Of a stretch of DNA of 20,000 nt, positions 13,580-20,000 are shown in pieces. The stretch's first letter is position 1. Each line of letters starts with the position of its first letter. The translations under genes were made by a program, and so were the position numbers. A model generated the notes under the pieces. That model did not search any database, was not told where the DNA came from, and saw only the letters and a list, made by a program, of their open reading frames with translations. Source of the DNA: an uncultured virus (IMG/VR IMGVR_UViG_3300025635_000024) (lineage: Duplodnaviria; Heunggongvirae; Uroviricota; Caudoviricetes); IMG/VR virus record IMGVR_UViG_3300025635_000024, one strand, 5' to 3'.

Positions 13580-13767
13580 TTTGGCAAAGTACCATTACCA
13601 GACATCCAGAACATTAGACCTAATGCTCCAGCACCGACAATCCAAAAGACTTTCTTAACGACAGAACGACCCACTTCCTCGTAGATCTTCTTAAATGCGA
13701 CTTCAGCGGCTCTTTCTGCTATAGCTTCGATCTGATCGTCGGTTAATGGGATTTCTTTGTTAGCCAT
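13576..13767 (-). CDS. Small single-TM protein (lysis region)
   Basis: IEAIAERAAE.A..KIY.EVGRSVVKK followed by the TM segment VFWIVGAGALGLMFWM. Confidence 0.75.
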   Translation of the reverse strand: MANKEIPLTDDQIEAIAERAAEVAFKKIYEEVGRSVVKKVFWIVGAGALGLMFWMSGNGTLPK

Positions 13768-13777
13768 GACTTTTTAC

Positions 13778-14464
13778 CTAATAAAGATCGTAACCAAATA
13801 TTGCAAATGAATTAACTTGGTTTCCAGTTAATGATACTGTTTGTGTTGGGCCAGTAGTGGTATTTGAGGCAGCCATGCGACCTTGATTACTACCAACGTC
13901 GTACAATAATCCTGAACTATTAGGACTTGGATATGCTGGTGTAGCAAAATTTGATACAGAAGCCCCAAAAAAACAGCCGTTAGCAGAAGATGTTTGAGAT
14001 CCTGTAATAGAATTTGAAGATGAATTCTGTGACAATGGAGAAGTCATTGAGTAAATTCCTGTAACCCTATAAATAGCAACCCCAACAAAAGCAGTGCCTC
14101 CCTGAGCAATAGTAAAAGAACCAGTTCCAGTTGGTATTTTTATTGTATATATACCAGTAATACCACCATCATCATAGTCAGTGCTGTTTCCTCTAGTAAT
14201 TAACGTCATTGAAGTACCGTTAATTGTAGGAGTTGTTGGATTAGATAATGCACTACCAGAAAAACGAGTTCCAACGACAACAAAATGACGGTTTAAATCT
14301 TCAATACCGGGGCTAAAAGTTCCATTAGGAGAACCTGTATACACCAAAGTTACATTGCCATTTTCAGCACGATATACTTCTGTGTCATTAACATTAACAA
14401 CACTCATTCTTGTGTCATTTGCATACACAAGACTCATTTCAGTGCTATTGACGTTTAGCGTCAT
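13778..14464 (-). CDS. Putative receptor-binding / tail-fibre distal protein
   Basis: S/T/G/N-rich, beta-strand-like 228 aa directly after the fibre gene. Confidence 0.55.
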   Translation of the reverse strand: MTLNVNSTEMSLVYANDTRMSVVNVNDTEVYRAENGNVTLVYTGSPNGTFSPGIEDLNRHFVVVGTRFSGSALSNPTTPTINGTSMTLITRGNSTDYDDGGITGIYTIKIPTGTGSFTIAQGGTAFVGVAIYRVTGIYSMTSPLSQNSSSNSITGSQTSSANGCFFGASVSNFATPAYPSPNSSGLLYDVGSNQGRMAASNTTTGPTQTVSLTGNQVNSFAIFGYDLY

Positions 14465-14466
14465 AA

Positions 14467-14964
14467 TTAGCTCGTATAAATGTTAAGCGTTGTTCCAGAA
14501 ACGGAAATACGAACACCACCAATTGTTGATGATGTTGCATAAGATTGAGCAATTGTAGGGTCTCCAGAAACACCAGTACCATTAGTAACTGAAATTCCAT
14601 TACCAGCAGTAATTGTTCTAGCCGTAAGCGTATTTAAAGCAGTACGAACTACAACACCGTTTGCACCGGGATCACTTGGTTTTGCAGCAACAGCAGTAGT
14701 TACAAATGCAGTTGTGGCAAATTTAGTTGTATTGTCTCCAGCAGTAGGAGTAGAACCAGTAGCAGTACCAGTTACAACTAAGTTACCACCAACAGTAAAG
14801 TTATCGCCATCAGTACCATCTTGCTGGTCTTTAAGCTGTGCCATTAGCTCACGGATAGCGTTATTGATACCACTAGGAGCGCATCCCTCAGCTATGTTAA
14901 TGCCAGCAATATCGGTATTATTTGCTGGTGTAGAGCTAAACTCGCTAATCTTGTTCTTTGCCAT
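14467..14964 (-). CDS. Short tail-fibre / adaptor protein
   Basis: N-terminal INIAEGCAPSGINNAIRELMAQLK anchor-like motif, TPTAGDNTTKFATTAFV fibre motif, ITAGNGISVTNG.GVSGDPTI. Confidence 0.7.
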   Translation of the reverse strand: MAKNKISEFSSTPANNTDIAGINIAEGCAPSGINNAIRELMAQLKDQQDGTDGDNFTVGGNLVVTGTATGSTPTAGDNTTKFATTAFVTTAVAAKPSDPGANGVVVRTALNTLTARTITAGNGISVTNGTGVSGDPTIAQSYATSSTIGGVRISVSGTTLNIYTS

Positions 14965-14967
14965 GAT

Positions 14968-16827
14968 TTAATTTCCTAACAATCCTGTAAATGTACCTAC
15001 AGCAGCAGATGACGGGACTAATGCGGTTGGCGGTCTTGTTTGCCTTGCTTTTAATTCAGCAATAATAGCGGCTTGCTCAATAGGATCAGCAGCAAATAAG
15101 CGTTTTTGCAGTTCGGCAGCAGTTTCTGAGCTAATGCCTTTAGTTCTAGCAGCAGCACTACGGAGCGCAGCAAGAGCAGTGCTAGTCAAACCTCCAGTTG
15201 CATAGGCTTGTGCAAGTTGTGCAGCATTTCCAGTACCTTCACTAATAGCCAATCTTTCTCCAGTCTGAGAACCACCCATCAATGCTTTAGCTGTTTTAGT
15301 TTGACCTGCCAAAGCATCTACATAATTAACAAATTCATTATATTTTGCTGTATCAGTAAAGGCATAGCGCATCAAAGATTTTTGCTTATCGCTCTTAAAT
15401 ATTTGACGAGCAAAATCACCGCCCTTAAAGTTCTCAAGCCTTGAATTAACATCAGCCATCATGCCAAGACGGAAAGCCTCTTTTTCAGAGTCATTCATCT
15501 TTTTGAGCTTATCTAAAGCCTCTTTATAATCCATTCCTTGATATTTTTGACCAAGTTCAAATGAAGACCTAATACGCTCATTATCTGCAAATTCTTGATT
15601 AGCTTTAGCGTAATCTGGATTCTTTACTTTAATTAAATCGTTAAATTCTTTTCTAACATTTGCAACATCACGACCATAAGAACTAACTTTCCCTGTTACT
15701 TTGTCAGTATTTGATTCAACAACACGATCAAGGCCAATCTTTATCTGATGCAATATATTTGTAGGAACAAATTGAGCATTACGAATCTGCTCTAAATCTG
15801 GCAATTTTTGACCATAAACCGCTGCTCTACGCTGTGCTTCTTGATATGCTTCCTCAAAAACAGGGCGGTCAACATACTTACGGAAATCTCTTGCATCAAC
15901 TGCAACATTGTATGCTTTAGGATACTTAGCTGCGGCTGCTTTTTGCTGATTTTCAGCCAAGAATGTCAGATATTCATAACCATTGACGTTTTTACCTAGT
16001 CCAGCACGTTCAACCAATCCTTTGACAATATCGTTAGGTTGGTCAATAAGGCGAGACTCCAAGAATCGAGCAGTTCCAGCCTTTTGTGAGGACGGAATAA
16101 CATAAGATGAGTAAGCTAAATCTTGCAAACTTTTACTAATGTCAGCAAGAACAGGACGAGGAACACCAATTCTGTCCATTTCAAGCAACATTGCATGAGC
16201 CTCATCAGCACTAATCTTGTCTTTTTGCAGTGCATTAGCAATTAACTTTGATGCTGCTGTTGGCTGATCTCCAATACCAGAAGCAATCAATATATTTTTA
16301 ATAGCACCAGTGGCATATTTAACGCCAATAGGTAATCCACCACCAAGAACACCACCAATAATACCGCCCATAGTGGATTGCATACCTACGTCTTTTTCAG
16401 CAGTACCAGCGCCAGTCAATGCACCAGTGGTAGCCCCCATAGCAGTACCACGACCTATTTGGCCTAATGTAGTGGTTCCTGTAACAGCTTCTTGAACAGC
16501 AGGAGCAGCTCTACCAAGCAGTTTAAATCCAGCTAAAGGAGCAGCTAAAGCACCACCAACTTCAGTAACAGTGCTAATAGTAGGATAGTCATATCCAAAT
16601 TGCTTTTGTTGCTCTCTAAGTTGATTACGAATACGCTCATATTGAGGCCCACTAATTGAACCAGACCTAAGAGCAGCCTCTAACTCATCGGCAAAACCAA
16701 ATGTCGCGCCCTGAGCCAAAGACCTAACTCCTTCTGCAAAACCAGAATAAGGAACTTTAGGCAACATTACTGACCCTGTTGCTTCTGGCCCTTCTACTAT
16801 TTGATCGTTATCCCAAGGATTCGCCAT
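14968..16827 (-). CDS. Putative DNA-ejection (internal virion) protein, large
   Basis: 619 aa, helical and Ala/Gly-rich, with QGATFGFADE and GSQT.ER motifs. Last gene before the tail fibre, as P22 gp16. Confidence 0.65.
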   Translation of the reverse strand: MANPWDNDQIVEGPEATGSVMLPKVPYSGFAEGVRSLAQGATFGFADELEAALRSGSISGPQYERIRNQLREQQKQFGYDYPTISTVTEVGGALAAPLAGFKLLGRAAPAVQEAVTGTTTLGQIGRGTAMGATTGALTGAGTAEKDVGMQSTMGGIIGGVLGGGLPIGVKYATGAIKNILIASGIGDQPTAASKLIANALQKDKISADEAHAMLLEMDRIGVPRPVLADISKSLQDLAYSSYVIPSSQKAGTARFLESRLIDQPNDIVKGLVERAGLGKNVNGYEYLTFLAENQQKAAAAKYPKAYNVAVDARDFRKYVDRPVFEEAYQEAQRRAAVYGQKLPDLEQIRNAQFVPTNILHQIKIGLDRVVESNTDKVTGKVSSYGRDVANVRKEFNDLIKVKNPDYAKANQEFADNERIRSSFELGQKYQGMDYKEALDKLKKMNDSEKEAFRLGMMADVNSRLENFKGGDFARQIFKSDKQKSLMRYAFTDTAKYNEFVNYVDALAGQTKTAKALMGGSQTGERLAISEGTGNAAQLAQAYATGGLTSTALAALRSAAARTKGISSETAAELQKRLFAADPIEQAAIIAELKARQTRPPTALVPSSAAVGTFTGLLGN

Positions 16828-18420
16828 TTATTTACCTTTAATCCTTCTTACGCCTTTTGCATCAAAGTATGTTTGACCCGGTTTAACATTGGCATAATCA
16901 GCAGCAGTAAAGACATAAGGCTCAAATTGAGGAACTTCCAAGTTAACCTCTGCTTCACCTGCTTTAGCATTAGTACGCCTACGAACAATAGAATTTTGAT
17001 AATCTTTAGCCCTACGAGCATTTAAATCTCGCAATGTCTGAATTGCTTTGCCAGCATCAGCAGCAGATTCTGCACTTTCAAGTTCCTTAGCAGCGCGAAC
17101 TGCATCGCCTTCTGTTTGAGTGCCTTTATTAAGACGCAAAGATTCGTTAATAAGTGTTGTTTTAAATCGTTCAAAATCATTTCTAGCAATGACATCTGGA
17201 TCACTAGAACCAAATGCACTTAATGTAGAAAGACCCGCTTTTGTTAAACGACCAAATTTAATTGTTCCATTTGAAATACTATTTAGATATTTCTGTGAAT
17301 CATTAGCAAGGTTGATAGCTGCTTGACCATTAGTAAAATCTTCTTCTTCAGCTTTTTGCAATACTGCTGGCATTGGCTTAGAAGGAACTTTCCCAACATA
17401 ATCAACAGGCTTACCTGTAGTAGCATCAAGAACAGGGAGTCCCGGTCTTGTTGGCAGGAATACTAATTTACCTGTCGTAGGATCAGTAGTCGGTGTACTT
17501 GCATACATTGACTTACCTTCACCTTGTGGCTTACGAGCAACAATCTTCCAAGATTGACTTGCAGCATCATATTGACGAGTAGTTCCATCAGCAAAATCAC
17601 GGATTTCTGGAGCTTGTTTAGTTGGAGTGCCATAAATAGGCTCACCTGTTTGAGTATCAACAAGAACACCATTAACAACGGCTGTTTTACGTTCTGTTGG
17701 TTTTTCTTCAGGTTTATAAATTACTTCACCAGTAACAGAATTAACAAGATTTCCACCAACAACAACGCCTTTTGAAACTTCTGGAGCAGAATAAATAACT
17801 TCTCCAGTAGCAACATCAATAATAGAGTTACCAACAACTTGAGTTTTACGTTCAGATGGTTTAGGAGGAGCAGTATAGATAGGCTGCCCAGTATCCAAAT
17901 CAACTACTACACCGTCAACAACAACAGTATTCTTTTTCTTATCTGTTGGAGCCTGATAAATAACCTCACCAGTTGGAGATACCAATGTTTGACCAGCACT
18001 CAATGCAGTAGGCTTCTTAGCAAGTGCCTCACGTTCTGCAACCAATCTAAATGCACCTGCTGGATTAGCATCAAACTCATCTGCCAAATCAGGATATTTA
18101 GCTTTCATAGCTTGAACACCTGCCATCTGACGAGCTTGCAATCCTAATTGTTGTTGAGTTGCAAAGTTTTTAATTCCCTGTTCATAAGCACCGCCAGCAG
18201 CACCAAATCCGCCAGCCAAAGCACCTAAAACATTTTCAGCAATAGAACGTCGAGGCCCAACACGGCTCATACCTTGAGCCAATGCTAAACCAGCACCTAG
18301 CAAACCTTGAACATTAGCTCGGTTCTGCAAGTTTTGTGTTTCTTCAGCACCAAGTAATCCAGTTAAATAACTAGGTGCAGATGAACCAAATACGTTAGGG
18401 ATGTAATTTGTAATATCCAT
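16828..18420 (-). CDS. Putative DNA-ejection protein with internal beta-hairpin repeats
   Basis: 530 aa. Gly/Ala-rich hydrophobic N-terminus and five VV.G.lVD..TGEvIY repeats. Position analogous to P22 gp20. Confidence 0.65.
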   Translation of the reverse strand: MDITNYIPNVFGSSAPSYLTGLLGAEETQNLQNRANVQGLLGAGLALAQGMSRVGPRRSIAENVLGALAGGFGAAGGAYEQGIKNFATQQQLGLQARQMAGVQAMKAKYPDLADEFDANPAGAFRLVAEREALAKKPTALSAGQTLVSPTGEVIYQAPTDKKKNTVVVDGVVVDLDTGQPIYTAPPKPSERKTQVVGNSIIDVATGEVIYSAPEVSKGVVVGGNLVNSVTGEVIYKPEEKPTERKTAVVNGVLVDTQTGEPIYGTPTKQAPEIRDFADGTTRQYDAASQSWKIVARKPQGEGKSMYASTPTTDPTTGKLVFLPTRPGLPVLDATTGKPVDYVGKVPSKPMPAVLQKAEEEDFTNGQAAINLANDSQKYLNSISNGTIKFGRLTKAGLSTLSAFGSSDPDVIARNDFERFKTTLINESLRLNKGTQTEGDAVRAAKELESAESAADAGKAIQTLRDLNARRAKDYQNSIVRRRTNAKAGEAEVNLEVPQFEPYVFTAADYANVKPGQTYFDAKGVRRIKGK

Positions 18421-18427
18421 ATTCCAC

Positions 18428-18958
18428 CTAGATCAGCGAAACTTTAGGTACTCCAACCTGATACTGTGGAGCTTGTACTGGCATTTGATTCCCGCGCATT
18501 AAACCAGCAGGAGGCAATGTAGGTTGCTGTTGGCTTAATAGACTTTGGCCTGTTTGTGAAGCCATCTGAGTAAGAACAGGATTCTGTTGAGCATATTTCC
18601 CAATATCACTAAATCCCATCTTTACGGTATCTGCAAAACTAGGAGAAAACGATTCTCCAGCCAATGATGCAACATTTCCACCACTACCCATAGCAGCAGT
18701 CATTCCAGCAGCATTAGTCGGGATCATTGCTGGTACAGCTTGACCAAACCCACCAACAGCGCCCGGCATAAGGCTAGTGCCAGCAGCAGGAGCAGAAGCT
18801 AAAGCACCAGATGCACCAAGACCTGAGCCAGCACCCATTAAAGCACCGCCACCATAACCACCAACAGCGCCTAGCAAAGCACCTTTAAGCGGATCTTTCT
18901 TATTCATCATAGCGCCAGCAGATGCACCAACAACTGCCATAGTTACTGGATCACCCAT
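18428..18958 (-). CDS. Gly/Ala-rich putative virion/ejection protein
   Basis: MGDPVT...PLKGALLGAVGG.GGG glycine-zipper-like N-terminus. TAATG coupling. Confidence 0.65.
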   Translation of the reverse strand: MGDPVTMAVVGASAGAMMNKKDPLKGALLGAVGGYGGGALMGAGSGLGASGALASAPAAGTSLMPGAVGGFGQAVPAMIPTNAAGMTAAMGSGGNVASLAGESFSPSFADTVKMGFSDIGKYAQQNPVLTQMASQTGQSLLSQQQPTLPPAGLMRGNQMPVQAPQYQVGVPKVSLI

Positions 18959-19662
18959 TATTTACCCCCTTGAGGAGTAGCCGTAGTCTTAGTCTCCAAA
19001 GGAGCGCCATAAAAGACATTAGCAGCCTGTTGCAATCTTTGCATCGGTATCTCTTGAGCAGCCAACTGACCTTGAATTGCTTGTTGACCATAAGCCTCTT
19101 GAGCCTGACCTGCTTGGAGCAACCGTTGAATATCAGCATAGTCAGCCGCAGCCATTTGTGGAGCAGCCTGAGCAGCAGCCATTTGTCTAGCCCTTTCAGC
19201 CTCAGCCGATTGATAAGCCAATTGACCGCCTTGTTCTGCCAGAGAACGAGCAAAAATGTCCTGAGCCTGACCAGTCTGTTGACCTTGAGCAGCAGAACCA
19301 TAACGACCCATCGAGGAAGCCTGAGACTGAAGATTCTGGATATTACGGGTATATTGCTCACCAGCTAGACGGTTAGCCTGTTCCAAAGCACCCGCTAGGA
19401 ATGGATTAACGCCTCGTCCTTGAATCGTAGCTAGTTGCTCTGCCTGTGCTGCACCTACCAATGGAGAGCCAGCCTGAGCGCGTTGTGCAGCCTGTTGGAT
19501 AGCAGCCTGAGAGAAGGCCGATTGTTCTGGAGCAAGCGTAGCAGGAGCCTCTGGCATACCCTGATACAGTCGTTTAGCCTCGCCTAAACTGTACGTTATA
19601 TACGGTTTAAACTCTGGTGCTATTTCCGTTTTAGTCTCTTGAGTTCCGCCACCACCACCCAT
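18958..19662 (-). CDS. Gln/Ala-rich putative DNA-transfer protein (P22 gp7-like position)
   Basis: Start reassigned to MGGGGGTQETKT (SD GAGGTG). NPFL and GRYGS motifs in a Q/A-rich helix. Confidence 0.65.
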   Translation of the reverse strand: MGGGGGTQETKTEIAPEFKPYITYSLGEAKRLYQGMPEAPATLAPEQSAFSQAAIQQAAQRAQAGSPLVGAAQAEQLATIQGRGVNPFLAGALEQANRLAGEQYTRNIQNLQSQASSMGRYGSAAQGQQTGQAQDIFARSLAEQGGQLAYQSAEAERARQMAAAQAAPQMAAADYADIQRLLQAGQAQEAYGQQAIQGQLAAQEIPMQRLQQAANVFYGAPLETKTTATPQGGK

Positions 19663-19663
19663 A

Positions 19664-20000
19664 TCACACCTCACATATCCATTTACGAGGCCTGAATCCG
19701 TAAGCCTTAGCCCTACGATTCCACCCCGGTCTATGACTAGCAAATGTTAAATATTTGACATTAGCATCTCTAGCCATATTTTTGATAAATTGTAAACCTT
19801 TTTGCACTACTTGATAATCATTTTCTAACGTCCATGCAGCCCAAACGTGCAATTCCTCGCCCATTGGTTGCAAGATAAAGAAGCCATAAAAATGGTTATT
19901 CTCTAGTACCACCCACAGCATTGCCTTTTGGTTCCAGCAATCTGTATATACATCTTCAGTGATCCAGTTCTCAGGACTTCTGCCCTTAATCTTCTCAAGA
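19664..20000 (-). CDS. Putative GNAT-like virion assembly protein, 5'-truncated by the window edge
   Basis: The frame stays open to the edge (LEKIKGRSPENWITEDVYTDCWNQKAMLWVV...LHVWAAW...F.S.RPGW.R.A..YGF). Position like P22 gp14. Confidence 0.6.
   Translation of the reverse strand, partial: LEKIKGRSPENWITEDVYTDCWNQKAMLWVVLENNHFYGFFILQPMGEELHVWAAWTLENDYQVVQKGLQFIKNMARDANVKYLTFASHRPGWNRRAKAYGFRPRKWICEV

Noticed and set aside
13778..14964. Diversity-generating retroelement target in the tail genes
   Set aside because: No reverse transcriptase, and no ~100-bp near-duplicate differing at adenines was seen in the window.
17022..19361. Same-strand alternative-frame Leu-rich ORFs (17022..17219, 17463..17678, 17721..17903, 18951..19361)
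   Set aside because: They are by-products of T-ending codon bias (GCT/GTT/ACT) in the main frame, with no independent evidence.
19..19368. Opposite-strand ORFs in the track (e.g. 19..276, 1399..1581, 1936..2133, 2242..2454, 4259..4480, 6921..7124, 7251..7478, 12238..12432, 13404..13658, 14714..14971, 15208..18147 set, 18970..19368)
   Set aside because: They lie antisense to well-supported coupled genes, lack evident SDs and have shadow-frame composition.

Overview
The window is a 20-kb segment of a tailed dsDNA phage genome. It is podovirus-like in virion gene layout and lambdoid in its replication and recombination genes; a betaproteobacterial or aquatic host is an inference from gene families only. 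It has three transcription blocks. (1) A leftward early/middle block, 7788->1: short modular accessory genes, a YdaU/DUF1376 replication initiator carrying an iteron-like origin, an SF4 helicase, VRR-NUC and Ref-like nucleases, three tiny Lys-rich proteins, a HiPIP-like Cys protein and an AT-rich HNH-type endonuclease. (2) A rightward block, 7957->10602: ERF annealase, SSB-like protein, HTH, MazG-like protein. Blocks 1 and 2 start from two mirror-image sigma70 promoters. (3) A leftward late block, 20000->10577: putative DNA-ejection proteins, tail-fibre genes, holin-like and endolysin genes, a metallophosphoesterase. The least explained signals are non-coding. One is a ~165-nt run of three structured RNA elements after the SSB-like gene (9550-9713: loop-E-type stem, H-type pseudoknot, anti-SD hairpin). 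The other is a promoter-driven C4-like RNA leader that can alternatively pair with the initiator RBS (6155-6276). Several small ORFs missing from the ORF track were read by hand. No integrase, CI-size repressor, primase, CRISPR array, reverse transcriptase or tRNA was seen in the window. All family names come from motif recognition, not database searches.
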